Sequence record: SRR22947727_1394
Strand: one strand, 5' to 3'
DNA length: 37,444 nt
Shown here piece by piece: positions 18,752 to 28,180 of the stretch (position 1 is its first letter; the number at the start of each line of letters is the position of its first letter). Under the pieces are notes generated by a model. That model was not told the DNA's origin, did not search any database, and saw only the letters and a program-made list of their open reading frames with translations. A program made the position numbers and the translations under genes.

Positions 18752-19603
18752 TTAAAACGCGATCCGCAGCCCATCATGACCCAGATAAAACGGACCATCC
18801 CATATCGGGCGAATGGCGGCCAGCCACTCAGCTTCGCCAAAATCTGGATCATCCGACGGGATAAGGTGGTTCAACGCCAAGGCCTTTACGTTGGCAGCCA
18901 CCGCAATCTTTGCAGCCTCTGCCGCAGTGCTATGCGCGGCATAAAAATGCGCCCGCAAGCGTTCATCACCATTGCCAACCCGGGTCAGCAACGCCTCAAT
19001 CGCTGCTTCCAGCATTGCCTCATGCACCAAAAGATCAGCCCCTTGCGCGAACCCGGCCAGATCCGGAAAATACGCCGTATCGCCGCTAAACACGACATGC
19101 GAGCGCGCCGTTTTAAACGATAACGCAAACGTATCCACCAATGGCGGGTGGATATTGCGCAACGCCGAAACCTGAATATCGCCCAGTTGCACCACATCTG
19201 ATGTATCGATCACATGAAAACGCACCAGCCGGCGCAAATCCGGGCGCCCTTCATCCGCGATACGCAGATCGATATCCGCCTGCATCGAGGTCAGAAACCC
19301 CGCCCAATAGGCATCAAGCCCGGCAGGTCCGTATATCTGCACAATCTTGGTGAGTCCGGCGGTCCAGGCCGTGTGCAACAAAGGGCCCAGTTCTAAATAA
19401 TGATCCGAATGCAAATGCGTGATAAAAATATGACGAATATCTTTCAACGCCAAGCCTTGATCAATCAAGCCTCGAGCCACGCCCAAACCGCAATCTATGA
19501 TAATCGGGCAGCCCTCTAAGTGCAAAAGATGCGCGGTGGGCATTGTAGAGCCGGGGCGGATTGCAGGTCCACCTTTGGTGCCAAGTAACGCCAGATAATT
19601 CAA
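18752..19603 (-). CDS. Metallo-beta-lactamase-fold hydrolase (RNase Z/AtsA-like)
   Basis: LLGTKGGP, THLHSDH (HxHxDH), FSGDT, HEA and NHL. Probable TTG start at 19603 after GAGGGGG. Confidence 0.88.
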   Translation of the reverse strand: MNYLALLGTKGGPAIRPGSTMPTAHLLHLEGCPIIIDCGLGVARGLIDQGLALKDIRHIFITHLHSDHYLELGPLLHTAWTAGLTKIVQIYGPAGLDAYWAGFLTSMQADIDLRIADEGRPDLRRLVRFHVIDTSDVVQLGDIQVSALRNIHPPLVDTFALSFKTARSHVVFSGDTAYFPDLAGFAQGADLLVHEAMLEAAIEALLTRVGNGDERLRAHFYAAHSTAAEAAKIAVAANVKALALNHLIPSDDPDFGEAEWLAAIRPIWDGPFYLGHDGLRIAF

Positions 19604-19739
19604 AGCAAAGCCCCCTCGTTTACATCCCCGCATTTGCGTTTCTTCGCCATCCAACCACTTTACCAGATGACTTATCCGCCAATTTTAAAACGACTGCACA
19701 AAAAACAGCGTGCAAACGGGCTCTATTGCAAATCAGAAA

Positions 19740-20717
19740 CTACGCTTTAGCGCCAAAATTTTCCTGATAAAACCGATACCAGTTCTCTCCCATAATGCCC
19801 GCCACTTCCAACTCTGACATGCCTATTTTGCGCAGACCTTCGGCGATATTTCCAAAATCACGATTGTCTTGAAACCAGCTTGGCATTGGTGGAAATCCCG
19901 GCGCGCTAGCAGAGCCTTCGCCATAATCAATCGCTTTGCTCCAGCGGCCTACGCGCATCCATTCCACCACGCGATCGGGTTGATCTTGGCACAGATCAGA
20001 GCCAAGCCCCAAATGCTGCGCCCCATAGCGCGCAGCCGCCTCGGCGATCATCTGACAAAAGCTTTCAAGCGTGCAGGCCGATTTATCTTTTAAATGATGC
20101 GGATAAAGTGAAAATCCGATCATGCCGCCCGCTTCGGTAACGGCTTTGATCACCTCGGGGCGTTTATTACGCAAGGCGGGCTGCCACTCATAGGGGTTGG
20201 CATGGGTGATGGTGATCGGGCGCGTTGAAATCTCGGCCGCCTCAATGGTTGAGCGATCCGCAGAATGACTCATATCCACCACCAGACCAACGCGATTCAT
20301 TTCGCCAATCACCTGCCGTCCCATGCGGGTAATACCCGGGTCTTCCGCCTCATAACACCCTGTGGCCAGCAGCGATTGGTTATTATAACTCAGCTGCATG
20401 AACCGCGCGCCCAAACTATGCACAATTTCCACAAGCCCGATATCATCTTCAATTGGGCTAGGGTTTTGAAACCCGAAAAAAATAGCCGTGCGATTGCTCG
20501 CACGGGCGCGATCGACATCTTCAGCAGTCAAGCCTTTCATGATTAAATCGGGATAGGTCTCAAACCAACAGTTCCATTGCTCAAAATTCAAAACCGTTTC
20601 GCGGAAATTCTCATGATAGGCAATCGTGACATGCACCGCATCAACGCCGCCCGCCCGCATTTGGCGAAAAATCTTTTCCGACCAATTTGCGTATTGCAGG
20701 TTATCAATGATCCTCAT
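19740..20717 (-). CDS. Membrane-dipeptidase (peptidase M19)-like amidohydrolase
   Basis: QLSYNNQS, EMNRVGLVVDMSH, ITHAN, RNK, GLGSD and IMGENW. ATGA overlap with the ALDH gene. Confidence 0.87.
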   Translation of the reverse strand: MRIIDNLQYANWSEKIFRQMRAGGVDAVHVTIAYHENFRETVLNFEQWNCWFETYPDLIMKGLTAEDVDRARASNRTAIFFGFQNPSPIEDDIGLVEIVHSLGARFMQLSYNNQSLLATGCYEAEDPGITRMGRQVIGEMNRVGLVVDMSHSADRSTIEAAEISTRPITITHANPYEWQPALRNKRPEVIKAVTEAGGMIGFSLYPHHLKDKSACTLESFCQMIAEAAARYGAQHLGLGSDLCQDQPDRVVEWMRVGRWSKAIDYGEGSASAPGFPPMPSWFQDNRDFGNIAEGLRKIGMSELEVAGIMGENWYRFYQENFGAKA

Positions 20718-22165
20718 GCAGGCATACCCGAGGAGATATAGGCCGTTTTCACCGCCGTATAAAATTCAGCCGCATAACTGCCCTGTTCGCGCGGCCCGTA
20801 AGAGCTTTCCCCTCTACCGCCAAATGGCACATGATAATCGGTGCCTGCAGTGGGCAGGTTTACCATCACGCAGCCGGTTTTGGCATTGCGCCTAAAATGC
20901 GTGGCCCGCGCCAAATTGGTGGTAACAATACCAGAGGTCAACCCGAAGCGCGTATCATTGACCACGCTCAGCGCTTCGTCATAGCTGTCCACTTTGATCA
21001 CCGCCGCCAGCGGGGCAAACAGCTCTTCGCGGTTGATCTGCATGGCATTGGTGCTGTTGATGAACAGCCCGGGGGACATGTAAAACCCCTCGCTCGCGCG
21101 TTCAACTTGCTGCCCACCGCAGACCAATTCGGCGCCTTCCGATAGGCCCAACGCCACGTTAGCAAGGTTTTCCTGCAATTGCTGGGCGCTCACCACGGGC
21201 CCGATTTGAATGCCAGCCTCAAGCGCGTGACCCACCACCATCGCCTGGGCACCCGCAATCATTTTTTCAACAAACGCATCGTGAATTCGCGCATGCACTA
21301 CCAAACGCGAGGACGCAGTGCATTTTTGGCCAGACCCCCCATAGGCCCCGCCCAGCGCCAAAGAAACGGCCAAATCAAGATCCGCATCCTCCATCACCGC
21401 CAGCGCATTTTTTGATCCCATCTCCATCTGCACTTTGGTCAGGTTTTGCACTGCCGCCGCCGCAATACCTTTGCCCACAGGTACCGAACCGGTAAAGGAT
21501 ATTGCGTTTACTTTCGGGCTTTCCACCAAGGCCTGCCCGATGCTGCCTCCGGCGCCCATGACGAGGCTGAACAAGCCCTTTGGAATATCTTGGCGGGAAA
21601 TAATCTCGGTCAGCGCCACCGCCGAAGCAGGGGTTAAATTCGCTGGTTTCCAAATCACAGCATTGCCATAGGCCAACGCCGGAGCGATTTTCCAAGAAGC
21701 GGTTGCGGTTGGAAAATTCCACGGCGAAATGATCGCCACCACCCCAACAGCCTCGCGGCGTACGTCAATTTCAATGCCCTCGCGCACCGACTCTGCCGTC
21801 TCGCCCATTTGGCGCAGGGTTTCTGCTGCATAATAAGTGAAGAACTGCCCGGCGCGGTACACTTCGCCCTTGCCTTCGGCGACGGGTTTACCCTCTTCGC
21901 GCGACAGTAACGTGCCAAGCTCTTGGGCGCGCGCCATCATTTCGGTGCCAATCGCCATCAGCACGTTATATTTGCGCTCGATCCCATAGGCCGCCCATTC
22001 GCGCTGCGCCTGCTGCGCTTGCGCCAAGGTTGCATCCAATTGATCTGGCGATGCCTGCGCAAACAAGCCGATTAAATCCGAAACATCAGACGGGCTTCGA
22101 TTTTCAATTTCACTGCTGCCAGCAACCCAGTCTCCGGCGATAAAATTTTTATTTAACTCTGACAT
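20714..22165 (-). CDS. NAD(P)-dependent aldehyde dehydrogenase (resembles alpha-ketoglutaric semialdehyde dehydrogenase)
   Basis: PWNFP, FTGS, EMGSKN (catalytic Glu), GQKCTA (catalytic Cys), EELFAP and DYHVPFGG..SSYGPREQG. Confidence 0.92.
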   Translation of the reverse strand: MSELNKNFIAGDWVAGSSEIENRSPSDVSDLIGLFAQASPDQLDATLAQAQQAQREWAAYGIERKYNVLMAIGTEMMARAQELGTLLSREEGKPVAEGKGEVYRAGQFFTYYAAETLRQMGETAESVREGIEIDVRREAVGVVAIISPWNFPTATASWKIAPALAYGNAVIWKPANLTPASAVALTEIISRQDIPKGLFSLVMGAGGSIGQALVESPKVNAISFTGSVPVGKGIAAAAVQNLTKVQMEMGSKNALAVMEDADLDLAVSLALGGAYGGSGQKCTASSRLVVHARIHDAFVEKMIAGAQAMVVGHALEAGIQIGPVVSAQQLQENLANVALGLSEGAELVCGGQQVERASEGFYMSPGLFINSTNAMQINREELFAPLAAVIKVDSYDEALSVVNDTRFGLTSGIVTTNLARATHFRRNAKTGCVMVNLPTAGTDYHVPFGGRGESSYGPREQGSYAAEFYTAVKTAYISSGMPA

Positions 22166-22195
22166 TCTTATCCCCTTTACGGATCACTTTTTGCT

Positions 22196-24988
22196 TTAAT
22201 GCGCCTCAGCCCAATGCGCCCCTTGCCCCGCGTCAACGATCAACGGAACGTCCAGCTTCACGATCGGATCTGCGGCGTTTTCCATAACCCCTCGCGCAGC
22301 ATCAATCAATTGATCCACCGCGTGGCGTTCCACTTCGAATAGCAGTTCATCATGCACTTGCAAAAGCATCTTCGCCGGCAAATCAGCGATCGAATGCGGC
22401 ATTCGGATCATCGCTCGGCGGATAATATCCGCCGCGGTGCCCTGGATCGGCGCGTTGATCGCCGCGCGCTTGGCAAAGCCCGCGGTTGGACCTTTGGCAT
22501 TGATCTCAGGCGTATGGATGACACGGCCAAACAGGGTTTCCACGCGGTTATTGGCTTTGGCGAAGGCAACCGTATCGTCCATATATTCTTTGATCCCCAG
22601 AAACCGTTCAAAATAGCGATCGATAAACCCTTGTGCCTCGCTGCGCGGAATACGCAAATTGCGCGCCAGCCCAAAGCCTGAAATACCATATATAACGCCA
22701 AAATTAATTGCTTTGGCTTGCCGACGAATATCCGGCGTCATCTCGTCCAATGGCACATCAAACATTTCCGAAGCCGTCAGAGCGTGGATATCTTGCCCCT
22801 CACGAAAGGCTTGCTTCAGACTATCAATGCCCGCGACATGCGCCAGAATGCGCAATTCGATTTGGCTGTAATCCAGGCTGACCAAAACCTTGCCCTCTTC
22901 GGGAATAAAGGCTTCGCGAATGCGTCGGCCATCCTCACTGCGCACCGGGATATTCTGCAAATTCGGGTCGGTAGAGGCCAAACGACCGGTATTGGCCCCA
23001 GCGATTGAGTAAGAGGTATGCACGCGGCCCGTTTCGGGGTGGATATGATCTTGCAGCGCATCGGTATAGGTGGATTTGAGCTTGCTCAATTGACGCCAAT
23101 CCAGCACGCGCTTGGGCAAGTCATGTATGGTGGCCAAATCTTCCAAAATATCCGCTCCAGTGGCGTAAGCCCCCGTTTTACCTTTCTTGCCCCCCTCATA
23201 GCCCAGCTTGTCAAACATAATCTCGCCCAGTTGCTTTGGACTGCCCACATTAAAGCTTTCCCCCGCCATATCGTGAATTTCAGCCTCAAGACCCGCCATT
23301 TTCTGTGCAAAGGCGTTGGACATGCGAGACAGCGTATCGCGATCCACTTTGATCCCGGTCATCTCCATCTGGGCCAAAACTGGTATCAAAGGCCGCTCAA
23401 GCCCCTCATAAACGCGAGTCACTTTCTGAAGATGCAATTTGGGCTTCAAAAGCTGCCAAAGGCGCAGCGTGATATCAGCGTCCTCAGCAGCATAGGGTGT
23501 GGCCTCTTCAATCGGCACAAGATCAAAGGTAACCGCTGATTTCCCACTTCCCAAAAGTGGTTTGATCGGAATAGGCGTGTGATCCAAATAGCGCTGCGAT
23601 AGACTGTCCATGCCGTGATTATGCAAGCCCGCATGCAGTGCATAGGATAACAGCATGGTATCGTCGATCGGCGCGATGCGAATGCCCTGCCGCTCAAGAA
23701 TTTTGGCATCATATTTCATATTTTGGCCAATTTTCAGGATCGCCGGATCTTCCAAGATGGGTTGCAAAAGCCCAATCACCTTATCCATCTTCATTTGACC
23801 CGCAGCTAATTTTGATGATCCGAATAAATCATCGTTGCTGCCTTCTTTATGCGATATCGGAATATAACAGGCCTCACCCGGCGCGACCGCCAAAGAAATC
23901 CCCACCAGCTCAGCGCGCATTTCATCCAGAGACGTGGTTTCCGTATCGATGGCCACATAGCCACGCTGGCGGATTTTATCGATCCACGCGTGCAGAGATG
24001 CAAGATCATGTAGCGCGCAATAAGCGCTACGATCAAAGGCCCGCTGTGCGATAAGCGCGGGCGTTTCAAGCGCAGCGGCGGTGGCAATTTGGGGCGGTTC
24101 CGCGCCCAGCTTGCTGGCGATACGCGCCGTTAATGTGCGAAATTCCATTTCCGCCAGAAAACCCAATAGGGTTTCGGGCTCCGGCGCGCGCACTTCTAAA
24201 TCCTCCAGCGTGAAGTCTAGCGGCGTGGCGCAATCCAGCTCGACCAATTGACGTGATAGGCGAATTTGCGCGGCATGATCGATCAAGGTTGCGCGGCGTT
24301 TGGGCTGTTTGATCTCTTCAGCCCGCTCTAACAGCGTTTCAAGATCCCCATATTCATTGATCAAAAGCGCGGCTGTTTTCACCCCAATACCTGGCGCGCC
24401 GGGAATATTATCCACGCTATCTCCGGCCAAAGCCTGCACATCCACAACCCGCTCGGGGAAAACACCAAATTTTTCGAACACGCCATCGCGGTCAATATGG
24501 CGGTTTTTCATCGCATCAAACATATCAACGCCGCCCCCAACAAGTTGCATAAGGTCTTTGTCTGAGCTGATAATCGTCACCCGCCCACCTGCATCGCTCG
24601 CCTGAACCGATAAGGTTGCGATGATATCATCGGCTTCATAGCCTTCGACCTCTTCGCAGGCGATATTGAACGCGCGCGTTGCAGCGCGCGTCAGGGGCAT
24701 TTGCGGACGCAGATCTTCGGGCATTTCATCGCGATTGGCTTTATATTGATCATACAGATCATTGCGAAACGTATGGCTGCCTTTGTCAAAAATCACCGCA
24801 ACATGGGTGGGCGCATCGGGGCCAGTATTGCTTTCGACATAGCGCTGCAGCATGTTGCAAAACCCGCTCACCGCGCCCACAGGCAATCCATCTGAATTGC
24901 GGGTTAAAGGTGGCAAAGCGTGATAGGCGCGAAAGATGAAAGCCGAGCCATCGATCAAGTGCAAATGGTGCCCTTTGCCAAAATTCAT
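22196..24988 (-). CDS. polA: DNA polymerase I
   Basis: 5'-3' exonuclease (YKANR, EADD), 3'-5' exonuclease (DTETT, NMKYD, YAAED) and polymerase motifs DYSQIELR, KAINFGVIYG and QVHDEL. Confidence 0.98.
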   Translation of the reverse strand: MNFGKGHHLHLIDGSAFIFRAYHALPPLTRNSDGLPVGAVSGFCNMLQRYVESNTGPDAPTHVAVIFDKGSHTFRNDLYDQYKANRDEMPEDLRPQMPLTRAATRAFNIACEEVEGYEADDIIATLSVQASDAGGRVTIISSDKDLMQLVGGGVDMFDAMKNRHIDRDGVFEKFGVFPERVVDVQALAGDSVDNIPGAPGIGVKTAALLINEYGDLETLLERAEEIKQPKRRATLIDHAAQIRLSRQLVELDCATPLDFTLEDLEVRAPEPETLLGFLAEMEFRTLTARIASKLGAEPPQIATAAALETPALIAQRAFDRSAYCALHDLASLHAWIDKIRQRGYVAIDTETTSLDEMRAELVGISLAVAPGEACYIPISHKEGSNDDLFGSSKLAAGQMKMDKVIGLLQPILEDPAILKIGQNMKYDAKILERQGIRIAPIDDTMLLSYALHAGLHNHGMDSLSQRYLDHTPIPIKPLLGSGKSAVTFDLVPIEEATPYAAEDADITLRLWQLLKPKLHLQKVTRVYEGLERPLIPVLAQMEMTGIKVDRDTLSRMSNAFAQKMAGLEAEIHDMAGESFNVGSPKQLGEIMFDKLGYEGGKKGKTGAYATGADILEDLATIHDLPKRVLDWRQLSKLKSTYTDALQDHIHPETGRVHTSYSIAGANTGRLASTDPNLQNIPVRSEDGRRIREAFIPEEGKVLVSLDYSQIELRILAHVAGIDSLKQAFREGQDIHALTASEMFDVPLDEMTPDIRRQAKAINFGVIYGISGFGLARNLRIPRSEAQGFIDRYFERFLGIKEYMDDTVAFAKANNRVETLFGRVIHTPEINAKGPTAGFAKRAAINAPIQGTAADIIRRAMIRMPHSIADLPAKMLLQVHDELLFEVERHAVDQLIDAARGVMENAADPIVKLDVPLIVDAGQGAHWAEAH

Positions 24989-25557
24989 GCTGGGTTTTCC
25001 TTTTTGAACAAATATTTTTACAAGAGGATTACATGAGCAAAGGCAGCTTGACCATCATCTTTGTGATCCTTTCAACATTGCTGCCCACTATGCCTTCGCG
25101 CAGATGAACAACCGCGCAGGCCCACCGGATAGTAGAGGCAAACCTGCAAGCCAGGGCGGGGCGCCGCAAACGAGAACCTTCGCACTATTTTTTCCGCACC
25201 CCCAGTGACAAAGCCAAAACGACCGGCTTCCTTCGCGCCGCACGTGGACGCAAATATATTGCAGATTTGAAACAATGAAGTTGCATTTTGGGCTGGTCGG
25301 CTTTGCCCGTGATAATGCCCGGCGCGGGCCAGCCTCAATTTGTTTGGTTTGCAAAAGCCTGCGCCATTGCCTTTTGGGCATAGTCGCTTGCAGGATGGCG
25401 CTGTCGCACAATTTGGAAGCGGGTAAAACCAAACGGAATTTCTTTGAAAAACATGTCCGGCATTAAAAAGACCAAAGGCGCAGAACGCGCGCCGCGCTTC
25501 TTTCGAGTGATCCCTCAGCCCCCACCTTCGCGACCGCTGGGCGGCCAACGGCGCACC

Positions 25558-25743
25558 TTAACCCAGCACCGCCTCTGCAAAATCGCGATGTATAATTTTA
25601 CAATCGCAATAGGGGCACTCTACCCATCCGGTTTCTTTGGGTATCTGCAGCCAAACACGCGGATGGCCAAGCGCCCCTCCACCGCCATCACAGGCGATGC
25701 GAAACTGATCTACCACTCTGGTTTCTGGTGCGTCTGTTGTCAT
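25558..25743 (-). CDS. Small zinc-finger (zf-CHCC-type) protein
   Basis: ACDGGGGALGHPRVW...CPYC. Confidence 0.88.
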   Translation of the reverse strand: MTTDAPETRVVDQFRIACDGGGGALGHPRVWLQIPKETGWVECPYCDCKIIHRDFAEAVLG

Positions 25744-25813
25744 TTCCCATTCCCTTTTTTTCGCGCTTAGGCTACCTGTCTTATGAGCGATCAGGGATCA
25801 AAGGGTCAAGAGC

Positions 25814-26749
25814 ATGTTACCACATACAGCAGTGGAAATTTCTGGGCTGTCAAAAATTTATAACGCCTATAAGAGCCAACCTGCTCGGCAAGCCCTCTAT
25901 GATTTAGACTTATCAATCCCGGCGGGATCCGTTTTCGGGTTGCTGGGCCCGAACGGAGCGGGCAAGTCGACCTTAATCAACATTCTGGCCGGTCTTGTGC
26001 GGAAAACCACGGGACAGGTAAAAATTTGGGGGTTTGACCAAGACAAGAACCCAAGGCAATCACGCGCGGCAATCGGCGTTATGCCCCAAGAGCTGAACCT
26101 TGATCCTTTTTTTACGCCGCGCGCCGCGTTGGATGTGCAAGCCGGACTTTACGGAATTCCAAAATCGCAACGTCGTAGCGAAGACATTCTTGCAATGGTC
26201 GGCCTTAGCGAAAAAGCCGATGCCTATTCGCGGTCTTTATCCGGTGGCATGCGCCGGCGCCTACTTTTGGCAAAAGCCTTGGTGCATAGCCCGCAAATAT
26301 TGGTTCTGGATGAACCCACAGCCGGCGTTGATATCGAATTGCGGCAAACGCTTTGGGAAAATGTTCGCCGGTTGAACCAAGAAACCGGCATGACGATCAT
26401 TCTAACCACGCATTATTTGGAAGAAGCCGAAAAAATGTGTGATCAGATTGCAATTATGAACCATGGAAAATTGATCGCACAAGACAGCACCCCAAATCTG
26501 CTGGCGCAGCTTGATGGAAAAACCATGCATATTCAGCCTGAAGAGCCAGTTCAAACGCTTCCAACCCACCCGGATATGACCAGCAGCCTAAATAAGGATG
26601 GGTCTTTGAATATTCGCTACAGCGCCACGAAAACCTCAGCCGAAGAGGTGTTTCAAATGCTACGCCAAAATCAAATCGCCATTCGCGATGTCAAAACCTC
26701 GCAAGCCGATCTTGAAGACGTATTTTTAGAGTTGACCAAATCGGCTTAA
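25814..26749 (+). CDS. ABC-2 type transporter ATP-binding protein
   Basis: GPNGAGKS, LSGGM, LDEPT, TTH and C-terminal DLEDVF. No adjacent permease gene. Confidence 0.93.
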   Translation: MLPHTAVEISGLSKIYNAYKSQPARQALYDLDLSIPAGSVFGLLGPNGAGKSTLINILAGLVRKTTGQVKIWGFDQDKNPRQSRAAIGVMPQELNLDPFFTPRAALDVQAGLYGIPKSQRRSEDILAMVGLSEKADAYSRSLSGGMRRRLLLAKALVHSPQILVLDEPTAGVDIELRQTLWENVRRLNQETGMTIILTTHYLEEAEKMCDQIAIMNHGKLIAQDSTPNLLAQLDGKTMHIQPEEPVQTLPTHPDMTSSLNKDGSLNIRYSATKTSAEEVFQMLRQNQIAIRDVKTSQADLEDVFLELTKSA

Positions 26750-26766
26750 ACAAGAATATTTTCAGC

Positions 26767-27144
26767 CTAAACCGTTGAAAGCATCCGTCCCAAGCCACGC
26801 CCGCCCAAAATATGCAGATGCAAATGCGGCACTTCCTGCACCCCGTCTGCACCGGCGTTGGAGATCGCCCGAAAGCCACCGCCGCTTGGCACATCCACCC
26901 CCATTTGCTTGCACACCGCTGCAATGGCGCGCGTGAAATCAACGATCTCATCGGCGCTGGCCGCCGCGGAAAAATGATCAAAACTCACATAGGGGCCTTT
27001 GGGAATAATCAGCACATGCACCGGTGCTTGGGGCTGAATATCTTCAAACGCCAAGCTATGCTCGGTCTCCAACACCGTCTTGTTTGGGATTTCACCCCTT
27101 AAAATTTTTGCAAAAATATTATCCGGATCGTATGTATAGTCCAT
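26767..27144 (-). CDS. Histidine triad (HIT/HinT-like) nucleotide-binding protein
   Basis: NIFAKILRGEIP, DIQPQAPVHVLIIPK and QEVPHLHLHILGG. Confidence 0.93.
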   Translation of the reverse strand: MDYTYDPDNIFAKILRGEIPNKTVLETEHSLAFEDIQPQAPVHVLIIPKGPYVSFDHFSAAASADEIVDFTRAIAAVCKQMGVDVPSGGGFRAISNAGADGVQEVPHLHLHILGGRGLGRMLSTV

Positions 27145-27350
27145 TTCACCCCCATGGCTTCACTCTCAAACTCTGGGCAAATCTTAACAGGATGCGCAAA
27201 AGCGCAAAAGCGTTAAACGGGCTCTTTCAAAGAAAAACCCGGCAGGCTCGGGGGGCTACAACAAAAAATATCGCGCGCAGCGTAAACTATGCTAGCCTGT
27301 TGCTATAATTTTTTGAGCCACCGTTTAATTTTTATATTGAAATTTTAGAG

Positions 27351-28178
27351 ATGGATTTACCAGGGCTTTGGATGCCGAAAAGCGAAACAGTTTTATACCG
27401 CTCGCTGCCCAAATGCGCCTGTTCCAGCATCCGGCAATTGTTATACTTTTCGGACCATGGTCACTTTTTTAAGGGTGAATTTCACAATCTGAAAACCGGT
27501 CTTCATAAATGGGATTTTGACACCAGCCGCAAAATATTGATGGCACATGTGACGGCGCGAACAGCCTTCACATTCAGCTGCGTTAGAAATCCCTATGCGC
27601 GCATCGTTTCCGCGTTTTTAGACAAAATTTGTAGCCCGCAGCATGATGGTATGTTTTACAGTCACAAGATCCATGAGATCTTAAGCCAAGCCTATGGTCT
27701 TGATCCAAATATGATAGAGCCTGCATTTTATGGCGATCCCGAGGCGCGGATCAACGCCTTTCGTCGCTTCTTAGTCTTTGTTCACGATTGTGCCCGCAGT
27801 GATAGCATGGCCCAGCTGGATATTCACTGGCGTCCAATGGCCGCGCAACTTGGTGATTTTATTCGGCAAGGCGGGCGTTTTGATAAAATAATCTGGGTTG
27901 AGTATTTTGATCATGGCATGGATTATATTTTTGATCACCTTTCACCAAATCACCGGCCACAACACGTATCACACAGCCAGTTTAACAAGGTAACGGACAG
28001 CTCAAACCTCCCGTTAGAGGCCTATTTTGATCAAACAGCCCTTTTCCCGATGGAAGGCATTTACCAGCAGGATTTTGAGCTTTTTGGTTATCGATTAAAC
28101 GATCCCAAAAACGCAAATCCAGAGCGCGAAATACATTTGGACAACCTGCATACCGACCTTTTGGAAAACCCGAGGTAA
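27351..28178 (+). CDS. Sulfotransferase family 2 protein
   Basis: PAPS-binding-like PKCACSS and VRNPYARIVSAF, plus DIHWRP and YQQDFELFGY. Confidence 0.82.
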   Translation: MDLPGLWMPKSETVLYRSLPKCACSSIRQLLYFSDHGHFFKGEFHNLKTGLHKWDFDTSRKILMAHVTARTAFTFSCVRNPYARIVSAFLDKICSPQHDGMFYSHKIHEILSQAYGLDPNMIEPAFYGDPEARINAFRRFLVFVHDCARSDSMAQLDIHWRPMAAQLGDFIRQGGRFDKIIWVEYFDHGMDYIFDHLSPNHRPQHVSHSQFNKVTDSSNLPLEAYFDQTALFPMEGIYQQDFELFGYRLNDPKNANPEREIHLDNLHTDLLENPR

Positions 28179-28180
28179 GC

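Noticed and set aside
25005..25022. Possible LexA box upstream of polA
   Set aside because: Only one GAAC half-site is present, so it does not fit GAAC-N7-GAAC/GTAC.
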